A stretch of 64,000 nucleotides of DNA from Clostridia bacterium. Lineage in GTDB: Bacteria; Bacillota; Clostridia; Oscillospirales; CAG-272. Below, in pieces: positions 9,517 to 19,148 of this stretch (the stretch's first letter is position 1; every line of letters begins with the position of its first letter). The notes beneath the pieces are model-generated. The model did no database searches. It was not told the origin of the DNA and saw only the letters and a list, made by a program, of their open reading frames with translations. A program made the translations under genes and the position numbers. Location: assembly GCA_017503865.1 (NCBI GenBank), contig JAFVSI010000050.1, forward strand, positions 64,224 through 128,223, given 5' to 3'.

Positions 9517-10854
9517 TTAGAACGGAATTTTCATCTTTCCACGTCTCATTTTCGCCATCATTTTGGGATCTGAGAACTGCTTCATAAGCTTTCTTACCTG
9601 ATCAAACTGACGGAGCAACCTGTTGACTTCTTCAACCGAAGTTCCGCTGCCTGCGGCAATTCTTTTCCTTCTTGACGCATTTATGACGTCGGGCTTCTCA
9701 CGTTCCTGCTTCGTCATCGACTTTATGATAGCCTCAGTTCGTGCTATAGCTTTTTCATCAATCTTTGCATCTTTAAGGGCTCCGGGCTTCATACCGGGCA
9801 TCATTGCTGCGATCTGATCCATACTTCCCATCTTTTTTATCTGCGAGAACTGCTCGAGATAATCGTCGAGTGTGAAGGTCGACTCTCTTATCTTTCTCTC
9901 GAGCTCCTCAGCCTTCTTTTCGTCAAATGCCTGTTCAGCCTTTTCGATAAGCGAGAGCACGTCACCCATGCCGAGAATTCTCGATGCCATTCTTTCGGGG
10001 TGGAAGGGCTCGATCATATCGAGCTTTTCGCCCGTACCAATAAATTTAATGGGCTTGCCCGTAACGTGCTTAACTGAAAGTGCCGCACCGCCTCGTGTGT
10101 CACCGTCAAGCTTTGTGAGTATAACTCCCGTGATATCAAGAAGCTCGTTAAACGTTTTTGCAACTGTTACGGCGTCCTGACCTATCATCGCGTCAATGGT
10201 GAGAAGTATCTCTGTGGGAGAGGTCTTTTCCTTTATGCTTTGAAGCTCGCCCATAAGCTCTTCGTCAATATGGAGTCTACCTGCGGTGTCGATGAACACC
10301 ATATCATATCCCTTAAGATTTGCAAACTTAATTGCTTCCTCTGCAATTTTTACGGGGGACTCCTTGTCTCCAAGAGAGAATACGGGAATATCAAGCTTTT
10401 CACCAACGATTTCAAGCTGCTTGATTGCGGCAGGACGGTAAACGTCACAAGCAACGAGCAAAGGTCGCTTGCCCTGTTTTTTGTAAAGACCCGCAAGCTT
10501 TCCTGCGTGTGTGGTCTTACCTGCACCCTGAAGGCCGACCATCATAACAACTGTTGGGGGCTTCGAGGATATTTGAAGCTTTGCCTGAGAGCCTCCCATA
10601 AGGTTGGTAAGCTCCTCGTTGACTATTTTTACGATCTGCTGAGCGGGAAGGAGTGACTCGAGAACCGCAGAGCCTACAGCACGCTCTGAGACCGCAGATA
10701 TAAAATCTTTAACTACTTTAAAGTTAACGTCTGCCTCAAGAAGTGCGAGTTTGATTTCACGCATTCCCGCCTTGACGTCAGCCTCGGTAAGTTTACCCTT
10801 GTTTTTAAATTTCTTAAAAGCATTTTCAAGCTTTTCACTTAAACTTTGGAACAA
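9517..10854 (-). CDS. ffh: Signal recognition particle protein Ffh
   Basis: 445 aa. N domain, G domain (GLQGAGKTT, DTAGR, TKLDGD) and a Met-rich M domain. Confidence 0.97.
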   Translation of the reverse strand: MFQSLSEKLENAFKKFKNKGKLTEADVKAGMREIKLALLEADVNFKVVKDFISAVSERAVGSAVLESLLPAQQIVKIVNEELTNLMGGSQAKLQISSKPPTVVMMVGLQGAGKTTHAGKLAGLYKKQGKRPLLVACDVYRPAAIKQLEIVGEKLDIPVFSLGDKESPVKIAEEAIKFANLKGYDMVFIDTAGRLHIDEELMGELQSIKEKTSPTEILLTIDAMIGQDAVTVAKTFNELLDITGVILTKLDGDTRGGAALSVKHVTGKPIKFIGTGEKLDMIEPFHPERMASRILGMGDVLSLIEKAEQAFDEKKAEELERKIRESTFTLDDYLEQFSQIKKMGSMDQIAAMMPGMKPGALKDAKIDEKAIARTEAIIKSMTKQEREKPDVINASRRKRIAAGSGTSVEEVNRLLRQFDQVRKLMKQFSDPKMMAKMRRGKMKIPF

Positions 10855-10869
10855 CAGTATGACTCCTTT

Positions 10870-11205
10870 CTATTGTTCGATTCGTTTCTTGAGTTCTGCA
10901 ATGCCCTCGCATACGACAGCAGACGCCTGTGTTTCAATAGCCACAGCTAAAAGGGAATCGGTTTTTTGAGCAAGGTCGGTCATCTTTTTTGAAAGGCCGA
11001 GCTTACTTTCGAAGAAGCAAAGCTCCTCTTCAGCTTTTTTAATAATGTCCCTGACACCCTGTCTTGAAATACCTATCTCCTCGGAAATTTCCGCAAGCGA
11101 GAAATCCTCGTTATAGTACATATCGAGTACGTTACGCTTCCTTTCGGGTAAAACGTCACCGTAAAAATCGAGAAGATAACCGATGTTTAAGTTTTTTTCG
11201 TACAT
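10870..11205 (-). CDS. ylxM: YlxM/UPF0122 putative helix-turn-helix protein
   Basis: 111 aa. LLDFYGDVLPERKRNVLDMYYNEDFSLAEISEEIGISRQGV is typical of YlxM, in the conserved position upstream of ffh. Confidence 0.85.
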   Translation of the reverse strand: MYEKNLNIGYLLDFYGDVLPERKRNVLDMYYNEDFSLAEISEEIGISRQGVRDIIKKAEEELCFFESKLGLSKKMTDLAQKTDSLLAVAIETQASAVVCEGIAELKKRIEQ

Positions 11206-11303
11206 TTTGCGGTCTGCCTTTCAAGTGTAAAGCAAAATACTTTACAATCATATCATACGAATTTGCATTTGTCAAGACTTTTTTAAAAATATTTTTATTT
11301 GGA

Positions 11304-12614
11304 TTAAGAGTTAGTTTGTCCTAATATGTTATCTACAAACTGCTGAGCAGTTCTGCACGAAATTCCACCGTTACGCATTTGCCAAGCCTGTGCCATAGCT
11401 ATAATCTCGGCGTCGGGAAGTGTGATTTCCTTGTGGCGTCTTGCGAGCTCGAGAACTATAGCTTCAAACTCAAGCTTTGTGGGCTTGAAATATCCGATAG
11501 TCAAACCGAATCTGTTTACGAGAGAAAGCTTTTCCTCAACCGTTTCGGAGCGGTGAACGTCTTGCTGTGTCTGTATATCGTTCTTATCGTTAAAGCTTTC
11601 CTTGATAAGGTGGCGACGATTTGACGTAGCATATATGAGAACGTTATCGGGCTTTGTTTCAACGCCACCCTCGATTATTGCCTTTAGATATTTATACTCT
11701 ATTTCATAATCCTCAAAGGAGAGATCGTCCATATAGATTATAAAGCGGTAATTTCTGTTCTTGATCTGCGAGATTACAGCGGAGAGGTCTTTAAACTGAT
11801 GCTTGTATATTTCAATCATACGAAGACCGTCCTCGTAAAAGCGGTTGACTATCGCCTTGATACTCGTAGATTTACCCGTTCCGCTGTCACCGTAGAGAAG
11901 CACGTTGTTTGCGGCACGTCCCTCAACAAAAGCCTTTGTGTTTGCAATAAGGGCGTCTTTTTGTCTGTCGTATCCGATGAGGTCGTCAAGGCTAACCTTG
12001 TGCATATTGTTTATGGGTGCGAGGTACATTTTATCATTATCATAGGAAAGTCTGAACGCCTTATTAAGCCCGAACATTCCAACACCGTAATCGTGATAGA
12101 AGCTAACGACCGCGTCAAATACTTCTTGAGGAGTCTTCGCCTTTTCGATTTTTTCACTCAAAGCCTGTACCTTTTCACTCACGTTTTTGTTATACATCTG
12201 CTCACGCTTGGGAATTGCATTGTAATCGGAAAGAACGGTGAAGCAGTTGATGTCGAGCGAGGACTCTATTTCAGAAAAATCAAAGTCAAAAAGCTTTTTG
12301 AAAACCTCAAAATCGTTGAGAGCAAAGCGATTAACAGTGCCGTCCCTTCTCGTAGCCTTTTCGCAAGTGAAGCTAAAGGGATTTTCATCGGTTATAAGTA
12401 AATAGGTAAGATAATTGTGCCAAAGATTTTTGTCAAAGCCGTACTGAGTAGCAACCTCAAGAAGACGGCGTACCTCTATAAAAATTCTTGTCTTAAGATG
12501 CTCGGGTGCGTCCTTTCCGTTATGAAAATCCTCGAATATTGCTCCAAGCTTTGAAAGGATGCTGTTTCCCGACATATCGCGGTATATTATAAGCTTCGCT
12601 AATTCTCTATACAT
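11304..12614 (-). CDS. AAA-type ATPase, DUF815 family
   Basis: 436 aa. Walker A YGDSGTGKST, Walker B IIYMDDLSFE, and ATSNRRHL, as I remember the DUF815 family pattern. Confidence 0.8.
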   Translation of the reverse strand: MYRELAKLIIYRDMSGNSILSKLGAIFEDFHNGKDAPEHLKTRIFIEVRRLLEVATQYGFDKNLWHNYLTYLLITDENPFSFTCEKATRRDGTVNRFALNDFEVFKKLFDFDFSEIESSLDINCFTVLSDYNAIPKREQMYNKNVSEKVQALSEKIEKAKTPQEVFDAVVSFYHDYGVGMFGLNKAFRLSYDNDKMYLAPINNMHKVSLDDLIGYDRQKDALIANTKAFVEGRAANNVLLYGDSGTGKSTSIKAIVNRFYEDGLRMIEIYKHQFKDLSAVISQIKNRNYRFIIYMDDLSFEDYEIEYKYLKAIIEGGVETKPDNVLIYATSNRRHLIKESFNDKNDIQTQQDVHRSETVEEKLSLVNRFGLTIGYFKPTKLEFEAIVLELARRHKEITLPDAEIIAMAQAWQMRNGGISCRTAQQFVDNILGQTNS

Positions 12615-12645
12615 AGTGACACCTCACAAATAGTTATTTGATGTT

Positions 12646-12674
12646 ATTATACCACTAACGGTGGTATATTTCAA
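12646..12674 (-). promoter_or_regulatory. Sigma-A promoter of the DUF815 gene, overlapped by an 8-5-8 inverted repeat
   Basis: Minus strand TTGAAA (12674-12669), 17 nt, TATAAT (12651-12646). The inverted repeat TATACCAC-N5-GTGGTATA (12648-12668) fills the spacer and part of the -10. Confidence 0.55.
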
Positions 12675-12684
12675 TATTTGCAAT

Positions 12685-12717
12685 TAAAAAAACAAAGCCG
12701 AGTGGCACGGCTTTGTT
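12685..12717 (-). terminator. Intrinsic terminator after the AEC permease gene
   Basis: Stem AACAAAGCCG/CGGCTTTGTT with a T-run on the minus strand. Confidence 0.75.
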
Positions 12718-12723
12718 TAAGAA

Positions 12724-13671
12724 TCAAATATTTATGATGAATTCAGAGATTTTCAATACTATCGGAATTGAAACAACAGACAAAAGCGAGGACATACCGA
12801 CAAGCTGTGCAGAAACTTCGGGCTTCGTATGATACATCTCAGCAAGGATTGAGACCATAGTGGCAGGCGGAAGTGCACAAACGGTAGTCATAAAGAGTAT
12901 TAGTTCGTTATTGAAGCCCAAGACCTTAAGTAAAAGACATACCAAAATAGGAGTAACGATAAGCTTTACAAAAGAAAGGAAGTACGCTTTCCATGAGGTG
13001 AAAAATTGCAAAAGATTGCGTCTGCCTATAAGTGCACCGATAATAAGCATCGACACGGGAGTACACATATCGCCGAGATAACCGAGAGTCGTTGTAAAGA
13101 ATCCGGGGAACTCGGGTATTTTACACTTCAAAAGAAAAAGTAAGAAGCCTATCGTGCAGGGAATCGTGCCGGGATTTATAAATATCTTTTTTACAGTGAG
13201 CTTGATATCGTTTCTTTTTCTTGCGAAAATTGCTATACCAAGCGTCCATAGAACGAGATGGAAGCTCACAACAAAGAAGGCACCCATAAATAGTCCTCTC
13301 TCGCCTAACAAGGAGTTTAGGATAGGGAAGCCTATGAAACCAACGTTTCCGAAAATGATTGAAAACTCAATAAGCTTTTGTTCATCAATATCCCTTAGGG
13401 GACGGCAGATAAGGAATGCGATAGCCGCTAAAAATAGGTGAACTGCGACACCGATTCCAAGCGTGATAAGACCGAGCTTAAGGTTTTCTACAGTAAACGG
13501 AAGCTTTATAAGAGATGAAATAATGAGTGCGGGCTGACAAAGTGCAACAATGAGCCGCGAGAGCTTTTTGGATGCAATTTCGTCAAGTATGCCGAGTCTG
13601 TTCACAACAAATCCTATAACGAGAGTGATAAACAGCATTATGATAGTATTGAGTAGTGCGGTGAAATCCAT
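12724..13671 (-). CDS. AEC (auxin efflux carrier) family permease
   Basis: 315 aa, about 10 predicted TM segments, with overall resemblance to the AEC/membrane transport family. Confidence 0.85.
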   Translation of the reverse strand: MDFTALLNTIIMLFITLVIGFVVNRLGILDEIASKKLSRLIVALCQPALIISSLIKLPFTVENLKLGLITLGIGVAVHLFLAAIAFLICRPLRDIDEQKLIEFSIIFGNVGFIGFPILNSLLGERGLFMGAFFVVSFHLVLWTLGIAIFARKRNDIKLTVKKIFINPGTIPCTIGFLLFLLKCKIPEFPGFFTTTLGYLGDMCTPVSMLIIGALIGRRNLLQFFTSWKAYFLSFVKLIVTPILVCLLLKVLGFNNELILFMTTVCALPPATMVSILAEMYHTKPEVSAQLVGMSSLLSVVSIPIVLKISEFIINI

Positions 13672-13701
13672 TTTAAAATCCTTTCAAACAGGGGTGTGAG
13701 A

Positions 13702-14283
13702 TCATTGACTGTCCTTATTCATTTTATCAAGCTGAGCCTTGATAGCCTTCATATCGGCAAGCATATCCTCTTTGCGTCGGGGATCGCGAAGTAAAAGTGC
13801 AGGGTGATAAACTGCAGTTATGAGAAAATTACCCTTTTTAAACCATTTGCCGTGCTCGGCGGTTATCTTGAAATCGGGCTTAATGAGACGCATTGCTGAA
13901 ATTCTGCCAAGACATACTATGATCTTAGGATCAATAAGCTTTACCTGCCTACGCAAAAAATCGATGCAGGCATCCTCTTCCTCGGGTAGAGGATCGCGGT
14001 TCTTGGGCGGACGGCATTTTAAAATGTTAGCTATGTAGACGTCCTCGCGGCTTATGTCAACCGCAAATAAAAATTTATTGAGAAGCTGACCTGCACGACC
14101 GACAAAGGGCGTTCCCGTTTTATCCTCATTGTCACCGGGTGCTTCGCCTACGAAGAGTATATCGGCATTTTTATTTCCTACACCAAAAACACAGTTGGTT
14201 CTCGTTTTGCAAAGCTCACAAGCATTGCAAGAGTTACATTCTTCTAAAAGTTTTTCCCAAGAATCAGCCATAACGTCCTCCAA
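13702..14283 (-). CDS. Uracil-DNA glycosylase, family 4 (Fe-S)
   Basis: 193 aa. CNSCNACELC cluster and the GEAPGDNEDKTGTPFVGRAGQLL motif. Confidence 0.9.
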   Translation of the reverse strand: MEDVMADSWEKLLEECNSCNACELCKTRTNCVFGVGNKNADILFVGEAPGDNEDKTGTPFVGRAGQLLNKFLFAVDISREDVYIANILKCRPPKNRDPLPEEEDACIDFLRRQVKLIDPKIIVCLGRISAMRLIKPDFKITAEHGKWFKKGNFLITAVYHPALLLRDPRRKEDMLADMKAIKAQLDKMNKDSQ

Positions 14284-14335
14284 AAATCACAATAAAAGTA
14301 GTATATCACAATCTTTTCAACTTTGCAATACTTTT

Positions 14336-14372
14336 AAAAAAGCTCTCGGCAAAAAAATGCCGAGAGTTTTTT
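14336..14372. terminator. Hairpin terminator with A-run and T-run flanks; serves mecA on the minus strand
   Basis: Stem CTCTCGGC/GCCGAGAG flanked by AAAAAA and TTTTTT. It overlaps the mecA stop codon. Confidence 0.75.
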
Positions 14373-15000
14373 ACAGTCTTGAGAGAAGAGACACCGCATC
14401 GTTTTCGCATATCAACTTACCGTGTTCCGCCAAATAATAGTTGAAATTATCCTTGTTTTCAAGCTTAGCATATTCAAGAATAAATGAAAATTCATTGGGC
14501 GGTGCGTAATCGTCAAAGTCAACGTCCGATAAAAGCAGATATTTTTGTCCGCTTGGTACAGAGTAAGCGGAGCTTTCGCCTATGTAACCTATTGCATCGA
14601 GTCTACGGCAGACATTTAAGAGGTCCTCGGTCTTGTCAAACGAGAATATATCAAAGGTCAAATTTCCGTTTCTTTCAGTGTTTACGCTTGGCAGTAGCAA
14701 TTGAGTTGCGTTCGTATCCCGTTTGTCGCATTTTTGAGTGTCAGGGGAAGAGAGAAGTCCTATTTTCGTTACGAACATCTCGCAACCGCCTTCCTTTGAG
14801 GGATAGAGCTGTACGAGTACCCTTTGCCCATCAGTATCAAATCCGGTTTGATGCTTCGCTTTACTAAGTACGTCCCAGAACATTCTTTTCGTATCGGTGT
14901 TGGAATAGTCAAGCTGGTCGGCTTTTAGCTGGAATCCTTTGAGATCCTCTTCGCAAAGCATCACCTTTAGCTTGTTGTCGCTGATCATAATAATCTCCAT
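14371..15000 (-). CDS. mecA: Adaptor protein MecA (ClpC adaptor)
   Basis: The N-terminus MEIIMISDNKLKV aligns with B. subtilis MEIERINEHTVKF. The C-terminus ILEYAKLEN...LAEHGKLICENDAVSLL aligns with ILEYATES...LEEYGKLIISEHALETI. Start set at the MEI codon. Confidence 0.8.
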   Translation of the reverse strand: MEIIMISDNKLKVMLCEEDLKGFQLKADQLDYSNTDTKRMFWDVLSKAKHQTGFDTDGQRVLVQLYPSKEGGCEMFVTKIGLLSSPDTQKCDKRDTNATQLLLPSVNTERNGNLTFDIFSFDKTEDLLNVCRRLDAIGYIGESSAYSVPSGQKYLLLSDVDFDDYAPPNEFSFILEYAKLENKDNFNYYLAEHGKLICENDAVSLLSRL

Positions 15001-15082
15001 AATAAAATTCGTTCCTCCGTTCATATTTATATTATAATCGGTGAGAGTGAAAAATGTAACCCCTAAAAATATGGTAAATTAG

Positions 15083-15112
15083 TTGACGGAATGCCTTTTT
15101 TAATGGTATAAT
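15083..15112 (+). promoter_or_regulatory. Promoter of the helicase gene
   Basis: TTGACG, 18-nt spacer, TGgTATAAT extended -10. Confidence 0.5.
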
Positions 15113-15150
15113 CAAAGTGTATTATTTTTTGTGGAAAGGAAGGGGACTGT

Positions 15151-17583
15151 ATGATCTATAGCGAGAACAACGCATCGGTTTTAATTGATGCTAAAGAGCT
15201 TTGTGAAATAGCGGACAAATACGGAAGTCTTGACACAAGACACCCCTTCTCAAAAGACTTGTTTTCGGTAAGGTATTCCGATGATAAAGTAATAAACAAG
15301 CTCTACGCGGGGATTGAGGGGTACTGTTCTCACGACGAAGAGCTTTTGGTAACCTATAAGCTTGGCGATCTATATTATACGGTAAGTGCAACGGCGGACG
15401 CTGTATGTAAGCTAAAAGGGCAGACGCGTGTAGATATGGTAGTAACCGTTAATAACTACGGTTTTTTTGCACCTCCTAAAACGGCTTGGCTTTCTTATCT
15501 TAAGTGCTGTGCCTTGTTTGTCGCAAAGCGTGACGGACTTTCACAGATCTCGCTTCGCTTGTATATAGTGCTTAATGATAGCGAAAAGGATGCTGTAAAG
15601 CATTTTGATTATTTTTACGGTGCAGATGAGCTTGAAAAAAGCTTTGTTAAATTACTAAACAAGGTAAACTTCAGAGGCGTACATTCCTACGAAAAGGCAA
15701 GGAAAGCTATCCCCTCGGCAGCTAACGCTCTCTTTCCCTATGACGAGCTTCGAGAGGGGCAAGAGATGATGATAAAGGAAACGTACTCGAGCATAAAGCA
15801 AGGTCACGGTCTTTTCCTACAAGCTCCTACGGGTACGGGAAAAACAGTTGCAGCACTCTATCCGTCGGTAAGAGCTCTCGGAAACGGTCTCGTTGACAAG
15901 ATATTCTATCTTACCTCTAAGGCAAGTACAAGACGTGAGGCGTTCAGAGGAGCTGCGAAGCTGTTTGAAGCAGGTGCTATGCTTCGCACAATAGTCATAG
16001 GTGCAAAGGAGCAGGTCTGTATGTGTCCTGCCCGAATGTTTAATAATAACGGTACGTCACACTGTAATCCCGATGAATGTTCCTATGCCAAGGATTATTA
16101 CGTGAAGGTCGAGGGGGCAATTCGGGAGCTTCTTGAGAGCGGTCACGGATACACGGTACGTCAAATATCAATGGTAGCCAAGAAATACGAGGTTTGCCCA
16201 TATGAGCTGTCGCTTGATCTTTCCGAGCTTTGTGATATTATAATTTGCGACTACAATTACGTCTTCGACCCATCGGTCTATTTCAGAAGATATTTTTCTG
16301 CTGATGCCATAAAGAAGAACAAATACGTTTTTCTTGTTGATGAGGCGCATAATCTCGCTGATAGGGCAAGGGAAATGTATTCTTCTACTCTTGAAAGCAA
16401 GATGTTTTCAAAGTTAAATGAAAGATTTGCCGATGATGACAAAGAACTTAAAGGGATCTTTTTGGAATTACTTGGTGTGTTTTATACTCACAGGGCATTC
16501 TGCGGAGATACCTTTGTCGTTGATAAAGACGGAATTGAGAGAGGGTATTATGTCAGCAACACTCTGCTTTCACAATTCCTTTCGGCACTCGAGAGTTTTA
16601 AGAAGAAGTGTGAGGCATTCTTAAAAAAGAACAAAGACCATTTGCTTTTTTCTGAATTAAACGCTGTTTTATCAGAAACAAGGAAATATCTCTTGGTTGC
16701 CGAATTTTTCGATAATAGGTTTTACAACTGCATTTATGCAGAGGGAGAGAATACTGCTGTGCGTATTTTCTGCCTTGATCCTTCATACATTCTCTCAAAA
16801 ATACAAAAGAGAGCACGTTCAACTATTTTCTTTTCGGCAACGCTCACCCCACTCGACTACTTTAAGGAAATCCTCGGTGGAGATAAAAATTCGGAGCATA
16901 TTTCGTTGCCGTCTGCATTTGATCCGTCAAATCTTTGTATCGCCGTTGCTGGATACGTGAGTATGAGATACTCGGACAGAAGTGACAACGTTGCAAAGTA
17001 CGTGTCAATTATTGCCGCAACAGTTAGCAGAAAAGCAGGGAATTATATTGCGTATTTTCCGTCTTATGAGTGTATGCTGAAGGTTTATACTGCCTTTAAA
17101 GAAAAGTATAGGGACGTTGATACGGTTATCCAAAGCAAGAATATGACACTCGAACAAAAGGAAAAATTCCTGGAATTTTTCAAAAACGACGAGGGAGTAC
17201 TCCGTATTGGTTTTTGTGTGCTTGGCGGTTCGTTTTCTGAGGGAGTCGATCTTCCCGGAGCGAGACTTATAGGCACCGTTATATTTGGTGTCGGTCTTCC
17301 GGGTCTTTCAAGTGAGAAGAATATTATTCGCGATTACTACGACAACAGGGGAGAGAGCGGCTATGATTACGCCTATACATTCCCTGGTATGAACAACGTG
17401 CTTCAGGCGGCGGGAAGAGTTATCCGTACCGAAAGTGACAGAGGTGTTGTGGTGCTTGCCGACGACAGATATTGCGAAGAAAAATATTCATCTCTATTTC
17501 CCGAGCATTTGTCGGATATTAAAAAAGCAAACAGTGCAAGAGAGCTTGCAGAAATCATTCAGAATTTTTGGAAAAACAAATAA
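15151..17583 (+). CDS. Rad3/XPD/DinG-family Fe-S DNA helicase with an uncharacterised N-terminal extension of about 190 aa
   Basis: 810 aa. Walker A APTGTGKT and DEAH box VDEAHNL. Cys cluster CMCP...HCNPDEC...VCPYE is inserted in helicase domain 1 (XPD-type Fe-S). C-terminal GSFSEGVDLPG and QAAGRVIR motifs. Confidence 0.85.
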   Translation: MIYSENNASVLIDAKELCEIADKYGSLDTRHPFSKDLFSVRYSDDKVINKLYAGIEGYCSHDEELLVTYKLGDLYYTVSATADAVCKLKGQTRVDMVVTVNNYGFFAPPKTAWLSYLKCCALFVAKRDGLSQISLRLYIVLNDSEKDAVKHFDYFYGADELEKSFVKLLNKVNFRGVHSYEKARKAIPSAANALFPYDELREGQEMMIKETYSSIKQGHGLFLQAPTGTGKTVAALYPSVRALGNGLVDKIFYLTSKASTRREAFRGAAKLFEAGAMLRTIVIGAKEQVCMCPARMFNNNGTSHCNPDECSYAKDYYVKVEGAIRELLESGHGYTVRQISMVAKKYEVCPYELSLDLSELCDIIICDYNYVFDPSVYFRRYFSADAIKKNKYVFLVDEAHNLADRAREMYSSTLESKMFSKLNERFADDDKELKGIFLELLGVFYTHRAFCGDTFVVDKDGIERGYYVSNTLLSQFLSALESFKKKCEAFLKKNKDHLLFSELNAVLSETRKYLLVAEFFDNRFYNCIYAEGENTAVRIFCLDPSYILSKIQKRARSTIFFSATLTPLDYFKEILGGDKNSEHISLPSAFDPSNLCIAVAGYVSMRYSDRSDNVAKYVSIIAATVSRKAGNYIAYFPSYECMLKVYTAFKEKYRDVDTVIQSKNMTLEQKEKFLEFFKNDEGVLRIGFCVLGGSFSEGVDLPGARLIGTVIFGVGLPGLSSEKNIIRDYYDNRGESGYDYAYTFPGMNNVLQAAGRVIRTESDRGVVVLADDRYCEEKYSSLFPEHLSDIKKANSARELAEIIQNFWKNK

Positions 17584-17728
17584 AAAAGCGTTTTTTCTTA
17601 AATTTTGTAAAAATTTCGTTTTCATCCGTCAAATATGCAAGATGCACTATAAAATTATTCAAAAAAACTCTCTGACAGTAGAATTTGTAAAATAATGCGA
17701 TTTTTTTTGCAAAAAATTAAAATAGTTC

Positions 17729-17757
17729 TTGCTTTTTTTGTTTAGATGTGGTAGAAT
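17729..17757 (+). promoter_or_regulatory. Promoter of the aminotransferase gene
   Basis: TTGCTT, 17 nt, TGgTAGAAT. The 12-mer ATGTGGTAGAAT recurs at the rbfA promoter. Confidence 0.5.
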
Positions 17758-17802
17758 GTCAAATGTTGTGATATTTTTATGATGTTTTTAGAGGAGAAAC
17801 GT

Positions 17803-19092
17803 ATGAAATACCTTGAAATGTCTCTTGAAGAGCTTAAAAAAGAGAAAGAGATAGTTGAAGCTGAATATAGAGAACTTAAAGGCAAGGGAATGTCGCTTGA
17901 TCTGTCTCGCGGAAAGCCCGGAAAAAAGCAGATCGATATGATGACCGATATGCTTACCTGTCTGTCTGATGCTAATGATTGCATAAGCGAAAACGGTATC
18001 GATTGCAGAAACTACGGAATACTTGACGGTATTCCCGAAGCCAAGAAGCTTTTTTCGGACCTTCTTTCAATTCCCGCAAAGAATATTTTTATTGGCGGTA
18101 ACTCATCGCTTAACTTGATGTACGACAGTGTTGCGAGAGCTATGCTTTACGGTGTTGTTGGAAGTGAAACTCCTTGGTGCCGTCAGGGAGAGATAAAATT
18201 CCTTTGTCCTTCCCCCGGATATGACAGACATTTTGCAATCTGTGAGTCGCTCGGTATTAAAATGATTCCCGTTAAGATGTCGGAGACAGGTCCCGATATG
18301 GACACGGTCGAAGCACTCGTTGCCTCTGATGATAAGATAAAGGGAATTTGGTGTAATCCCAAATATTCGAATCCCGACGGATACACATATTCCGATGAGA
18401 CAGTCGAAAGACTCGCTAAAATGAAAACAGCGGCAAGGGATTTCAGGATCTTTTGGGACAATGCTTACGTTATTCATCACCTTTACGAGGATAAGCAGGA
18501 TACTCTTGCTGACATCTTTAAGCTTTGTGAGAAATATGGAACAGAGGATAGAGTTCTGTATTTTGCATCGACCTCTAAGGTCTCTTTCCCCGGTGCCGGT
18601 GTTGCTATGTTTGCGGCATCCGATGCAAACATGGCACAGATAAAGCCTATCCTTTCCATCCAAACCATTGGTCATGATAAGCTCAATCAGATAAGACACG
18701 TCAAGTATTTCAAGACCGCTGAAAACGTAAACAAGCATATGATGAAGCTTGCACAGGTCATAAGACCGAAGTTTGAGATAACTCTTGAGATTCTCGAGAA
18801 GGAGCTTGGCGACTTGGGTGCTGCACGTTGGACTAAGCCTATCGGTGGATATTTTATAAGCCTTTATACTGTAAATGGTACAGCAAAGCGTACTTATCAG
18901 CTTTGTAAGGAAGCGGGCGTTACCCTCACGACTGTTGGTGCGACCTATCCTTACGGAATTGATCCCGACGATAGTAATATAAGACTTGCGCCTACCTTCC
19001 CGTCAGAATCAGACCTTGCTGATGCAATGTATATTTTGACTGTATGCGTAAAGCTTGCCGTTCTTGAAAAGCTAATTGCTGATAAAATTTAA
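17803..19092 (+). CDS. PLP-dependent aminotransferase, class I/II (aspartate-aminotransferase-like)
   Basis: Start moved to MKYLEMS (RBS GAGGAG). LSRGKP motif, NPKYSNPDG, and [11 protein letters not shown] carrying the PLP lysine. Confidence 0.8.
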   Translation: MKYLEMSLEELKKEKEIVEAEYRELKGKGMSLDLSRGKPGKKQIDMMTDMLTCLSDANDCISENGIDCRNYGILDGIPEAKKLFSDLLSIPAKNIFIGGNSSLNLMYDSVARAMLYGVVGSETPWCRQGEIKFLCPSPGYDRHFAICESLGIKMIPVKMSETGPDMDTVEALVASDDKIKGIWCNPKYSNPDGYTYSDETVERLAKMKTAARDFRIFWDNAYVIHHLYEDKQDTLADIFKLCEKYGTEDRVLYFASTSKVSFPGAGVAMFAASDANMAQIKPILSIQTIGHDKLNQIRHVKYFKTAENVNKHMMKLAQVIRPKFEITLEILEKELGDLGAARWTKPIGGYFISLYTVNGTAKRTYQLCKEAGVTLTTVGATYPYGIDPDDSNIRLAPTFPSESDLADAMYILTVCVKLAVLEKLIADKI

Positions 19093-19098
19093 CTTTTT

Positions 19099-19140
19099 AT
19101 AAATTCCGATGCCCATTTAGCATCGGAATTTATAGTTTTG
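19099..19140 (+). terminator. Intrinsic terminator after the aminotransferase gene
   Basis: 14-bp stem ATAAATTCCGATGC/GCATCGGAATTTAT, then AGTTTT. Confidence 0.7.
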
Positions 19141-19148
19141 AGGGAATT

